Notes: generated by a model not told the origin, from the letters alone. Counted from the stretch's first letter, positions 39,695 to 50,080 are shown. The stretch is 64,000 nucleotides of DNA from Sedimentisphaerales bacterium (GCA_963663965.2 CAXXFK010000025.1:32001-96000); one strand, 5' to 3'. A program made the numbers and translations.

Positions 39695-40534
39695 ATGTCA
39701 TCGTCACTAAGAAGACTCAGAGCCAACCGTCGCAACGCCCAGAAATCCACCGGCCCCAAAACCCCCGAAGGCAAGGCCATCTCATCCAGAAACGCCATCA
39801 AACACGGCCTCAGCGGCCAGGACCCCGCCCACCTCATTGTCCCCGGCGAATCCGAACTCACCTATCTCGAATTCCGCGCCGCACTCCTGCAAGATCTCAA
39901 ACCAACAACTTATCTCCAGCGCCACATCGCCGACCAGATCGTCTCGGCCGCTTGGCGACTCGAACGACTCGGCCGCATCGAGGCCGAAATGGTCGACGCC
40001 CGCGTCTATAAACTCCGCCTCACCAACGAAGAAATCCGCAAAGACACCGTCATCGACCAGCCCTTCGCCCACTCCAGTATCTACCTTCCCCGCCACAACG
40101 AAGTCGGCACGGCCTTCACCCTCGAAACCCCCGCCTTCAACTGCCTGGCCCGCTACGAAGCCCACCTCAACCGTACCTTCCAGGCCAATCTTAAGCTCCT
40201 GCAACAGATACAATTACAACAAAAACCAAACGAACCCAATGTCTACCCCACGGAGTACCCATTTCCCGATTTACCCCGCGTCCACATCCCCGACCCGCCC
40301 AAAATCCCCACGCACCCCAGCGAAGCCAAATTGGCCCCCGAATACATCAAAGACCGACTCCCCGAATTGATGAAAGACCACAGCGTAACTGACGACCAGG
40401 TCTTCAGTTACGCCTGCAACCGCTACGAAGCCCTCAACACGTTCTCCCAGCAGAACGGCGAAGAAGCCCTCCACGCCCTCGGCATCCCCACCAAACCACC
40501 CGCCGATATCCCCATCCAGGAGGATAAGAAATAA
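39695..40534 (+). CDS. Conserved hypothetical protein of the 'ANRRNAQKSTGPKTPEGK...NAIKHGL' type
   Basis: AGGAGG RBS; recognisable N-terminal motif, helical core AAWRLERL...ARYEAHLNR, PNEPN. Confidence 0.85.
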   Translation: MSSSLRRLRANRRNAQKSTGPKTPEGKAISSRNAIKHGLSGQDPAHLIVPGESELTYLEFRAALLQDLKPTTYLQRHIADQIVSAAWRLERLGRIEAEMVDARVYKLRLTNEEIRKDTVIDQPFAHSSIYLPRHNEVGTAFTLETPAFNCLARYEAHLNRTFQANLKLLQQIQLQQKPNEPNVYPTEYPFPDLPRVHIPDPPKIPTHPSEAKLAPEYIKDRLPELMKDHSVTDDQVFSYACNRYEALNTFSQQNGEEALHALGIPTKPPADIPIQEDKK

Positions 40535-40651
40535 ACTAACGCCAACCACCACAACCAGACCATAATCCCAACGGATTGAACAAAAAACCCAATCCAGCCA
40601 ATGCCCGTGCGCATCAAACAGGCATGACTCTCGTCTGCGATTCCCTCTGAG

Positions 40652-41734
40652 TTATTGATTCGTGTCTTTTAACGCTAATTTAGTCAGATCAAGCACAACA
40701 TGCTTTATCATCCTTCTTTGATACGTATAGGTGATATGCACCTTGCCATCCGAACCCTGAATAACCGCCGGATACGAATACTCACCTCTTACATCCTCCA
40801 ATAGAAAAGCCGGCTTCCAATCAAACCCATCATTGGAAATCGCCACATTCAACGGCGTCCGCCCCTCTTGCGTAGGGTTATAAACCAGCAGTTGCCTCCC
40901 ATCTCTCAATGTAACCGCATCGGTTCCGGCATTCGGATTCGGCAGCCGCGTCGCGCTCATCTCACCCCAGGTCCGGCCATTATCCTCCGACCAGCATTGC
41001 GTAATCACACCCTGCCGGCTGCGGCACAAAACCTGCATCTTTCCCTTGCCATACGTCAGGATACTCGGCTGGATCGCCCCGAATTCAATTCCATCATTCA
41101 CCGGCCCAACAACCTCCCAACTCTTACCCAGATCACTGGTCCGCTCAAAATGCACCCGCCAGCCCTGGTGCTCGGTACTGGCCGGACACAAGATCGTTCC
41201 ATCCGCAAGCTGAACCGGTTTATTCTTCACCGGCCCGATCAAATGCCCGATGGCTTTATCCTCTCCCAGCCGTCTGGCCTCACCCCAGCTCTTGCCATCA
41301 TCATCCGAAGTCTTCAGCATACCCCACCATTCTCGCGGATTGGGCCCCACCTTATAAAACAGCATCAAGACCCCACCCCGCTCCCGAAACAGCACCGGAT
41401 TCCAGCACGGATACCGTAATTCCGGCGACTGCACGCCATTCGCCACTTCAACCGGCTCAGACCACTTCTCGCCATTACGCCTCGCCACCCAGATGCCCAC
41501 ATCCGGATGCCGTTCATAAGGCCCGCCAAACCACGCCGCCACCAGTCCTCCCGGTGTTTCCACAATCGTCGACGCGTGACATTGCTCTGTCGGCCGGCTG
41601 TCCAGTTCAAATATCATCTCACCCATCTCATACCCCGCCTGCTCAGGGATCACACAATTAGGCTCTTCAGCACATAACAGTACCTGAAAACACAGTACGA
41701 TAATCAATAATCCGGTTTTAATAGATAATCTCAT
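40652..41734 (-). CDS. BNR/Asp-box sialidase-like protein
   Basis: Signal peptide; HAST, WFGG, Asp boxes SDDDGKSW / SDLGKSW / SEDNGRTW / SNDGFDW; EYSYP. Confidence 0.88.
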   Translation of the reverse strand: MRLSIKTGLLIIVLCFQVLLCAEEPNCVIPEQAGYEMGEMIFELDSRPTEQCHASTIVETPGGLVAAWFGGPYERHPDVGIWVARRNGEKWSEPVEVANGVQSPELRYPCWNPVLFRERGGVLMLFYKVGPNPREWWGMLKTSDDDGKSWGEARRLGEDKAIGHLIGPVKNKPVQLADGTILCPASTEHQGWRVHFERTSDLGKSWEVVGPVNDGIEFGAIQPSILTYGKGKMQVLCRSRQGVITQCWSEDNGRTWGEMSATRLPNPNAGTDAVTLRDGRQLLVYNPTQEGRTPLNVAISNDGFDWKPAFLLEDVRGEYSYPAVIQGSDGKVHITYTYQRRMIKHVVLDLTKLALKDTNQ

Positions 41735-41969
41735 AACAATTTTCAATAACTCCGGGGATCTTACAATTCACAGAATCACTCTTAAACTAATTATATAAGC
41801 TAATGGTACAATAGCATCATTAGTACCTCAAAACCAGCTATTTTCAAGAATCAGAACCTGGATTTTTCAGTTGAATTTAATCTGGAACCAACCAATAATA
41901 AAAAATTGTGATAATACTATCGCCTGAAAGCGATATAAAACAGGCCAGAAAATAGATATGGAGGTTATC

Positions 41970-43967
41970 ATGAATGGAAGTCGTGTGTTTTTAACCGGGA
42001 TGATAATAGTCATCTTGATTATTGGGTGTATCCAGGTCGCGGAATCTGCGGCGATCAAAGATACTGAATCGGCCAGTCACGCCACCGATGCCGCCCAGTA
42101 TCAGATGGTGGATACTTATCCATTCAACGGTTACGATCTGATTCAGATCAACCTGCCGGTATTGTCTCACTATTCCTATTTTCTGGTGAGTGACAATCAG
42201 GCATTGATTGTCGACCCGGGCCGGGATATCGATTTTTATCTGAACCTGATCGAGACCCGGAAACTGACCGTGGCGGGCATCTTTCTGACCCACAGCCATG
42301 CGGATTTTGTCGCGGGCCATACCGAACTGGTCCAACGTTTTCAGTGCCCGGTCTATCAGAGCGCCAAGAGTCAGGCGAAATATAAGATCAGCCCGATCGA
42401 GGATGGCTCGACACTCCAACTGGGCAAGGCGGCAGTCACCTTTATCGATACCCCCGGTCATGTCCTTGATGGCACCAGTGCGGTGATTGGCAGCGCCAAG
42501 GATAAACCGGACCTGATCCTTACCGGTGATTTTCTATTTGTCGGCGGTGTGGGGCGTCCTGATCTGGTCGCCGGTACTACGTCTTCTTATCTGGCCGGGC
42601 AGTTGTTCGATACCTGGCATGATAAAGTCTCCAAACTTCCGGACAGCGTCAGGATTTTTCCCGCGCACGGCGCCGGTTCGCTTTGCGGTGCGCATCTGAA
42701 AGATCAGCCGTTTTCCACGATCGGTGAGGAGCGGGCCTCCAATCCGGCGCTTCAGCATACCAATCGCAGTGAATTTATCGCCGTCATTCTCTCGGAATTG
42801 CAGGAGCCGCCGCAATATTTCGGATATAACGCGGCCATGAACCGCGACGGTCCGCCCCTGGTGGATTGGCAGACCGCCCCGGTTCCGGTTGAACCTCAGG
42901 CGACATTGACCGATGCCTCCCAGTTTTACGTCGTCGATATCCGCGACAGTAAAGAATTCGCCACCGGCCATATTCCCAACTCGGTTAATATTGGACTGCG
43001 GGGCCGGTTCGAAACCTGGACCGGGATTATGGTGCCCTGGGGCAGTCAGACGATACTGTGCGGGGCGCCGGACGATCTGACCGAAGCGGTACGGCGTCTT
43101 CATCGTATTGGCTATACCGGTAAAGTGCTGGCTTTTGAGCAATGGACGGCCGCGAATCTGCCGCTTTTGAAGAATCAGCTGATTAGCCCAAAGGAATTAT
43201 ATGACCAGATGCAGGCAAATACCAATCCGGTGGTGGTCGATGTACGGCTGCCCAATGAATGGATGGGATTGCGGATTGGTCAGGTTTTGAATCTGCCATT
43301 GAATAAACTGTCGGCCTTGTCCGGCAAGCTGGATCCTGAATCGCCGGTGGTCGCGGTATGCAACTCGGCCTATCGGTCCAGTATGGCCATCGGAATATTC
43401 GAACGTAAGAATTTTAAAAATGTGACCAGCCTGGCCGGGGGCAGTGAAGCCTGGATTACAGCTGGTTTGCCGGTTTACGGGGCCGAACAGACCACGGCCG
43501 CACCTGCAGCGACCCGTAAAATGATTCCGCTGCCCGAACGTATCGCTGCGGCGGAATTGAAGCGCCTGATCCTCGATCTGCCGGGCACATTTCAGATTGT
43601 TGATATCCGGCCGGCAGCATCCTTTGCGGATTATAACCTGCCGGGTTCTGTGAATGTGGATATTGCCGAACTGGCAGCCAATCCCGCCTGGCTGGTGGGG
43701 ACTGGTCCGCTGATTATTGTCGATCGTGATGGTTCGATCGCCATGGCGATGGGTGGGATTCTGGCCCAGAAAACCCAGCGTGCGATTAAAGTACTCTATG
43801 GCGGACTCGATGCCTATTGGCAGGAATCGGAATTGGGGATGGCGCCGACGGCTGCATTATCGTCACCGCTGAAAAGCGCACCTTCAACCTCGATGCCCGC
43901 GCCGACGCCTGTGATGCCTGTGCCGGCCCAACCTGAAACACCCAAAAAGAAAAGTGCGGGGTGCTGA
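41970..43967 (+). CDS. Exported MBL-fold (persulfide dioxygenase-like) protein with three rhodanese-like domains and C-terminal Cys
   Basis: GGAGG RBS; signal peptide with possible lipobox IIGC; THSHADF, TPGH, TGDFLF...GRPDL, PAHGAGSLCG; VCNSAYRS; ends PKKKSAGC. Confidence 0.85.
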   Translation: MNGSRVFLTGMIIVILIIGCIQVAESAAIKDTESASHATDAAQYQMVDTYPFNGYDLIQINLPVLSHYSYFLVSDNQALIVDPGRDIDFYLNLIETRKLTVAGIFLTHSHADFVAGHTELVQRFQCPVYQSAKSQAKYKISPIEDGSTLQLGKAAVTFIDTPGHVLDGTSAVIGSAKDKPDLILTGDFLFVGGVGRPDLVAGTTSSYLAGQLFDTWHDKVSKLPDSVRIFPAHGAGSLCGAHLKDQPFSTIGEERASNPALQHTNRSEFIAVILSELQEPPQYFGYNAAMNRDGPPLVDWQTAPVPVEPQATLTDASQFYVVDIRDSKEFATGHIPNSVNIGLRGRFETWTGIMVPWGSQTILCGAPDDLTEAVRRLHRIGYTGKVLAFEQWTAANLPLLKNQLISPKELYDQMQANTNPVVVDVRLPNEWMGLRIGQVLNLPLNKLSALSGKLDPESPVVAVCNSAYRSSMAIGIFERKNFKNVTSLAGGSEAWITAGLPVYGAEQTTAAPAATRKMIPLPERIAAAELKRLILDLPGTFQIVDIRPAASFADYNLPGSVNVDIAELAANPAWLVGTGPLIIVDRDGSIAMAMGGILAQKTQRAIKVLYGGLDAYWQESELGMAPTAALSSPLKSAPSTSMPAPTPVMPVPAQPETPKKKSAGC

Positions 43968-43968
43968 T

Positions 43969-44481
43969 ATGGATACCAAACCCAAATCCTATATGAACCC
44001 TTATCTGGCCGGTATCGGCCTGGGGTTGACTTTGCTGGCAGCCTTTTTAATACTCGGGACCGGACTGGGAGCGTCTTCCGGTCTGGCCCGGATGGGGGCG
44101 TGTATTGAATTATGGCTGGCGCGGGATCACACCCTGGCGGGTGACTATTTCGGCAAATGGGGCGAGCAACCCATGCGCTATTACCTGGTCTATATGCTGA
44201 TCGGAACATTTATCGGCGGTTTGTTGTCAGCACTTTTGGCCGGACGGGTGCAATGCCAGGTGGAGCGGGGCCTGAAAAGTCCGCTGCGTCTTCGGCTGAT
44301 TTTTGCGTTGGCCGGAGGTGTTCTGGTGGGATTCGCCAGCCGGCTCGCCAATGGCTGTACCAGCGGCCAGGCGCTGACCGGCACCGCATTACTGCTGACC
44401 GGTAGTTTTGTGTTTTTAATTTTTATCTTTGCAGGGGGCTATCTGACCGCCGTATTGTTCAGGAGGCAGTGGAATGATTAA
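43969..44481 (+). CDS. YeeE/YedE thiosulfate-transporter family protein (half-size)
   Basis: NPYLAG, GLGAS, GG...GFASRLANGCTSG; four to five hydrophobic segments. Confidence 0.88.
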   Translation: MDTKPKSYMNPYLAGIGLGLTLLAAFLILGTGLGASSGLARMGACIELWLARDHTLAGDYFGKWGEQPMRYYLVYMLIGTFIGGLLSALLAGRVQCQVERGLKSPLRLRLIFALAGGVLVGFASRLANGCTSGQALTGTALLLTGSFVFLIFIFAGGYLTAVLFRRQWND

Positions 44482-46489
44482 CACATGCTATCAATTGGAT
44501 ACGCTGGATACTCCGCGGGCTTTTTTGTTATCGCTGGCAATCGGGATTGCCTTTGGTTTCTTTCTGGAACGGGCAGGCTTTGGTTCCAGCCGAAAACTGT
44601 CCGGTGTATTCTATTTTCGTGATATGGCCGTGATTAAAGTGATGTTTTCCGCCGTCATCACCGCCGCACTGGGGCTTTCGTTCTGTCTGGTTATGGGCTG
44701 GATCAACCTGGATAATGTCTATCTTATCCCGACGGTCTATGGCGCTTATATCGTTGGGGGGCTGCTCTTTGGAATCGGATTTGTGATGGGGGGCTGGTGT
44801 CCCGGCACCGCGGCAGTAGGCCTGGCGGGTGGGAAACTGGATGCGCTGGTATTCCTGGTGGGAGCCCTGATCGGTTCGATTCTGTTCAATGAACTGTTTC
44901 CGATGGTCCGGGGTCTCTATCAGGCCGGGGACCGCGGGGTGCAGCTGGTGTATGAGACCCTGGGGATGGGGCGGGCAACGTTTCTGGTCTGTCTGGGGAT
45001 AGCGGCCATCCTGATGTTCTGGGGGTGCGAATGGCTGGAAAAGCGAAATACGCTGCCGGTAGCGGCTGGGACGGGTACGCCCGATTATACGGTTTTAAAG
45101 GTATTTACCGTGGCGATTCTTGCGATGGCTATGGTACTGGTGATCGTGCCGGAATATGGCGCTTCGGAAAAGGCGGTTGCGGCCGGTCCGGTCGAGATCG
45201 GTCTGGAAACGCACCTGATGCAACAGATTGAACAGGCACAGGATCATATCGAACCGGAAGAGCTGGCCGACCGCTTGATGAGGCGCGAGCCTGGGTTGAT
45301 AGTGGTCGATATCCGGCCGGTGGGTGAATATGCCCGGTTTCATTTGCCCGAGGCCATGAATATTCCCATGGAACAGATTCATCAGGCCCTCGCGCCGTAT
45401 AAAAATGTCGGAATGGTGGTGCTGTATTCCAACGGCATGACCCATCCGGTCCAGGCGCGCGATTCGCTCTGGCGGGCCGGATACCGCAATGTCTATATTC
45501 TGACTGATGGGCTGAGCGGTTTTATTGCCCGCTGTCTCAAGCCGGTCTCCTTGCGTTCGGAGCCGGTATCACCAGCGTGGGCGGACAGGGTCGCAAACTG
45601 GCGGAAGTATTTTCTGGCCGGCAGCGCCATGCCCGGCCCGGCACCGCAAGTGAATACGCCGCCAGGTCCGTTTCTGATTGATGCCGACTGGCTCACTCAA
45701 CAGATCAACCGGGCGGATGTCAAGGTAATCGATTTGCGGCCTCAACCGGAATACAACACCGCGCATATTCCCGGTTCGTTCGCGTTGAATATCGAAAATC
45801 TGAGGGCCAATCTCGATGGGGTCGGATCCATGCTCCAGCCCGGGCGTTGCCTGAGTTCGCATTTTGCCGCGATGGGAATCCGCCCGGCTGATACCGTTGT
45901 GATCGTGTATGGCGACAAAACCCAGGACGCGACCCTGGTGGCCATAGCGCTGGAACGCGTGGGGCATCCGCGCTATACGATTCTGAACGGCGGATTTTCC
46001 GCCTGGAAAAACACGGCCAAACCACTGGACCAGGCGTTGCCGGAACCGATGCTCACTGCGGCGCAGCCGGTTGACGCAGACGATGGTTTTACGGTCGATT
46101 ATCCGCAGATTCTAAAGGATATGACCGACGGTAAGACTATAATTCTGGATGTCCGGCCCGTGGATTATTTTACCGGGGCCAAATCTGATGAAGCCCGCGC
46201 CGGCCATATCCCCGGCGCGATTAACCGGCCCTATACTGAAGATCTGGTCAAGGTCGGCGATATTCCCCAGCTCAAGACCATCGAGGATCTGAAGGCGGCC
46301 TATCAGGGCCTGATCCCTTCGCTGGATAGCCGCGTGGTAATCCATTGCCGCACCGGTCATCAGGCCAGCCAGACGTTTTTTGTCTTAAAACGCCTGCTGG
46401 GCTATCGTCAGGTCTTCTGGTATGACGCCGGATGGTCACAATGGGCCGCGCGACCCGAATTGCCGGTCGTTTCCGAGGTGATAAAATGA
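44474..46489 (+). CDS. YeeE/YedE half fused to three rhodanese domains (last two TST/SseA-like)
   Basis: FGFFLERAGF, GGWCPGT; VVDIRP...HLPEA; DLRP...HIPGS; GHIPGA...HCRTGHQAS...YDAGWSQW. Confidence 0.88.
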   Translation: MINTCYQLDTLDTPRAFLLSLAIGIAFGFFLERAGFGSSRKLSGVFYFRDMAVIKVMFSAVITAALGLSFCLVMGWINLDNVYLIPTVYGAYIVGGLLFGIGFVMGGWCPGTAAVGLAGGKLDALVFLVGALIGSILFNELFPMVRGLYQAGDRGVQLVYETLGMGRATFLVCLGIAAILMFWGCEWLEKRNTLPVAAGTGTPDYTVLKVFTVAILAMAMVLVIVPEYGASEKAVAAGPVEIGLETHLMQQIEQAQDHIEPEELADRLMRREPGLIVVDIRPVGEYARFHLPEAMNIPMEQIHQALAPYKNVGMVVLYSNGMTHPVQARDSLWRAGYRNVYILTDGLSGFIARCLKPVSLRSEPVSPAWADRVANWRKYFLAGSAMPGPAPQVNTPPGPFLIDADWLTQQINRADVKVIDLRPQPEYNTAHIPGSFALNIENLRANLDGVGSMLQPGRCLSSHFAAMGIRPADTVVIVYGDKTQDATLVAIALERVGHPRYTILNGGFSAWKNTAKPLDQALPEPMLTAAQPVDADDGFTVDYPQILKDMTDGKTIILDVRPVDYFTGAKSDEARAGHIPGAINRPYTEDLVKVGDIPQLKTIEDLKAAYQGLIPSLDSRVVIHCRTGHQASQTFFVLKRLLGYRQVFWYDAGWSQWAARPELPVVSEVIK

Positions 46490-46668
46490 ATCCTGACAAT
46501 TCCGATTGGATGATTACGGTTACTTACCGAGTCGAATAACCCAACCAGGTATCGACCCGGACTGCCAGGGCGTCTTAAAAGAACTGTCCGGTGAAGAGGG
46601 TGAGCGAGATTGGACTCGGAAAATTCCCTTTTCGATCTTACAGGCAGAGCCTCGCCAGGGATCAGGGA

Positions 46669-47973
46669 TTATGGAATTGTCTTCTGATAGGGTTTCTGAT
46701 TATGATCGATACAAGCCACGGCCTGAATGATCGCCTTGGGATTCTGTACCGTAATCGGTTCCGGGGCAACATAATTCCTCATCCGACAGCCAAATAAGCT
46801 CACTGTTAATAAATCATTCCCGCGCACTAGCATAAAATCCTGAGATTCCCCCACAGTAGTCAGCGCGGCATTCCCACCGGAGAACGCTTCAACATTACTC
46901 AACGCGGTATGGCCCCGGCCTTCCACAATAATCGGATGAATATCGACCAGCGGCGCGCCCGCGTTCGCAATAATAGAACCCTGGCTGATCTGCCAGTTGC
47001 GGTTCTTGTCGTTATCGCCCAGCTTGTGGATTCCCACCGCCACGCAATCCAGGTTAAAATTCGTCAGTTGCCCATACGTTGCAGGCCCCAGGTAGATCCC
47101 GCCCCAGGTCCCAAACGTGAACAGGTCGATCAGCTGGGCATTATCGGTATGGTTAATCACGTAACAGAAACTCTGCTTTGCCATTACTGCGTCAATCACG
47201 CTGCGGCTGTAACCGCCATCGATAAAACGCCGGTTGGCCGGATTGACATGGCAATGCAGGATACGGGGAATGTCATAACAATGGTCGATCTGAATAAATA
47301 TCCCGCTCAATGGATACCCATAACAATGTTCAAAAAGCACCTGTTCGCAGGGTTGCGAACGGTCGGAATTGAAATCCATCGCCAGATACTCACCAAAAAA
47401 AGTCAGGCATGACAAGGTCACTCCCTGGGCCATGGTCGTTTTCGAACCCTGGATCGTAGGCGGATAGGCAATAATCCGGTCGGCGCTTCGACGCGTCTGT
47501 CTAGGATACCAGAATTGAATTCCGCGAATCTGGGTAGCCGCTTCCACCGTAATGAATGGTTTACTCTCATCCGCAATTGCAAAAACACTTCCCACCGGCT
47601 GCGGTTTAGATGGATGCCGGGTGCCCCGGCCCACCGGACCATGAACCCCGATTAATGAGGCGTTCCGCCTCAATATCAAGCCACCGTCTACGGGATACGG
47701 TTCATCGACCGGCTCCACAAACAGCGCCGCTCCCCGTCCTGCCGCCCAGTCAATCGCCTTCTGCAGATTGGCTGTATTCTCAGCCGCACTCTTGTCGGGC
47801 AAAACCCCAAATTCCTGGATGGATCGCCCAATCAGCGCACCACTGGTTGCTTCCTCAGCCATCACAATCGATTGCAGACCCATCAGCCATATTAAGCCAC
47901 AGAGTCCCACAATCATTAACCGTCGTTGTTTTAATGAATTATTCACGCTCAGATCCTTTGTCAAAGAAAACAA
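46669..47973 (-). CDS. Exported pectin-lyase-like (beta-helix) protein
   Basis: Signal-like segment; FGV...ENTANLQKAIDWAA opening typical of beta-helix proteins; start may be 47943 or 47916. Confidence 0.6.
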   Translation of the reverse strand: MFSLTKDLSVNNSLKQRRLMIVGLCGLIWLMGLQSIVMAEEATSGALIGRSIQEFGVLPDKSAAENTANLQKAIDWAAGRGAALFVEPVDEPYPVDGGLILRRNASLIGVHGPVGRGTRHPSKPQPVGSVFAIADESKPFITVEAATQIRGIQFWYPRQTRRSADRIIAYPPTIQGSKTTMAQGVTLSCLTFFGEYLAMDFNSDRSQPCEQVLFEHCYGYPLSGIFIQIDHCYDIPRILHCHVNPANRRFIDGGYSRSVIDAVMAKQSFCYVINHTDNAQLIDLFTFGTWGGIYLGPATYGQLTNFNLDCVAVGIHKLGDNDKNRNWQISQGSIIANAGAPLVDIHPIIVEGRGHTALSNVEAFSGGNAALTTVGESQDFMLVRGNDLLTVSLFGCRMRNYVAPEPITVQNPKAIIQAVACIDHNQKPYQKTIP

Positions 47974-48080
47974 TTGAAAATCAATAAGAGGGTTATTACC
48001 CGATTAACGACGGTAAGAATTGAATATTGCGGGATTTACTGGTTTTATCGTGTCGGACGGCGTAACAACAAACCAGTGGA

Positions 48081-49894
48081 TCAGTCTGCATGACCACTCA
48101 TTAACCAGTGATCGATAATCGGCCGCAGATCATCCCCGTCAATCCGGCCGGATTGATTGGTATCGTAATGGTCGCACCAGTCACTCATCCAGCACTCAGA
48201 TTCCAGCCAGTGTTGTGTCATTAGCGCAACATCAATCAGATTAACCACATGATCCGAATTGAAATCGATACGGTAAACCCGGCTGGTATCAGTATCCTCA
48301 TAATATTCCCAGACCGCAATTCCCGCCGGTAAGCTAATAGGTATATTCGCGCCAAATGGAACCAGATCCGGATTAAATTGCGGCAACACGACCCCGCTCG
48401 AACTGCCCAGACCGCGATTAATATCCCAGGTGCCGTTCATGGCAAATTTATATTCTACCTGCATTGCCGAGGGACAGTCCGCCGTCCAGCGCCAGATATA
48501 ATCGGCAATGAGTGTCATTTGATTCGCCGTAGTAAAACTCCACGGTTGACCAAACACGGCCGCATGATTACCCGGTACATGAACACTGTTAAAGTAACTC
48601 ATCGGCCCATTTTTATCGGGATCACGATACCAGTAACAATATCCCTGTGGAGGGCAGGTTAAATAAACCGCGCCATTCTGATCGGACCAGACATCCGCTG
48701 GTTGCTCGCCCGGCCCCCACGCGATTGCGCTGTAAACCGAATTGGGTACAGCATAAATCGTTGCCCCAAAGTGTCATTGCTGCTGCTGAAACAACCATAA
48801 ACCGGCGTGTTATTCCCAAAGACAATCAGGTCATCGGATTTATGTAACGTATAAGTCCCGTGAAAATCAAATTTTCTACGTGCCTGCAACGCCCTGCGTA
48901 TCGAATCCTGGAACATCGGATTGAACCAGTCGCTCCAGAAGACACACGGGATTGGATCAATATAGAGAATAAAACCATACCCGCGGAATTTGTGATAAAC
49001 CTGGTCGGTATCATGATTACGAACGAAAGAAATCGCCCGGTTACTGAGCAGACCCGCGCCTTCCAATCCGCCGGCATTACCCTGTAACGCGTAATACAAA
49101 GGAAAATCGAAAGCGTAATTACCGGTATAATTCATCCAGTTGAGAATTTTGTCCCGGCTATCCCAGAACTCGCCCACACACGGCCCGACCGTGCCGAACG
49201 CCTTAGACATATCCCAGCTGAAATGCTTAACGGCATCGAGCCGGAATCCCGAAATGTTCCCAACGGTTTCTTTCAACCACCCGGCCCATTCCAATTGACC
49301 ATTGAACATGTAACTCGAATGATGGCAGACATCTTCACCCATAATATAATCTTCGCCATCACACAAATCGCAATCATCCGGCCATCCCGGATGAAAATCC
49401 AGTGCGGATTTCCAGAACTTGTTATGCACATATTGAAATCCCTGCCAGTACCACTGACCCGTAGCAGGATCCTGTGTTTGGTGTTCCGCGCCCACCATAT
49501 GGTTGGCCACTAAATCCAGTAATACGTTTTCACAGGCCGCCGCCGCCCGCTGTAGTTCCGCCAGACTGCCAAATCGAGTCTCGACCGTCCCTTTCTGATT
49601 ATATTGACCCAGGTCATAATTATCATAAAGATCGTACCCCATCGAATAACCACCCGATGCCCCCTTGGTGGGCGGTGGAAACCAGAAGTGCGTAAATCCA
49701 GCCTGTTTAACCCCCGGCGCTTCTTCGGTTATCCGGTCATACCAGATCCCGCCAGTCGGCACTTCCCAGTAAAATGCCTGAAATACCACACTGTCCGAAT
49801 CCAGCGGTGCACCACCTGAAAATACCGGCCCGGCAACCAGGGCTGTAAGTATCCAGGAAAAATACCGATATGCTCTAATTTTAATAATCAACAC
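48081..49894 (-). pseudogene. GH13 alpha-amylase with C-terminal beta domain and dockerin-like repeats, split by a 1-nt deletion at 48764-48767 (probably a sequence error)
   Basis: FQAFYW, SMGYD, ETRFGS, DLVANH, GFRLDAVKH, VGEFWD, FVRNHDTD; adding one G to the minus-strand G4 run gives ATIYAVPN...SDQNGAVYLTCPPQGYCYW, in frame with ORF 48081-48602. Confidence 0.85.
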
Positions 49895-50080
49895 CTCAAC
49901 AGATTGCCTCTTAACCGCACAAAAAAATACTATTTTTTAATACTTGTTTGGGTTATATAATATTAATCGGTTATTTCTGAAATGAATATTGGTTACCAGA
50001 CTAAAATCTTTGAAATTTCAAGGATATTTTAATCTTCATCATAAGGACATAAACTTATTTGGGTAAAATGATAATGAATA

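Noticed and set aside
43962..44110. Selenocysteine readthrough at Cys-TGA ending the MBL-rhodanese gene
   Set aside because: The next gene's ATG follows after 1 nt, readthrough would overlap YeeE out of frame, and the downstream hairpin lacks a G-containing SECIS-like loop.
46486..46539. 17-codon ORF coupled (ATGA) to the YeeE-rhodanese stop
   Set aside because: Too short to support; it could be a truncated fourth gene, but there is no evidence.
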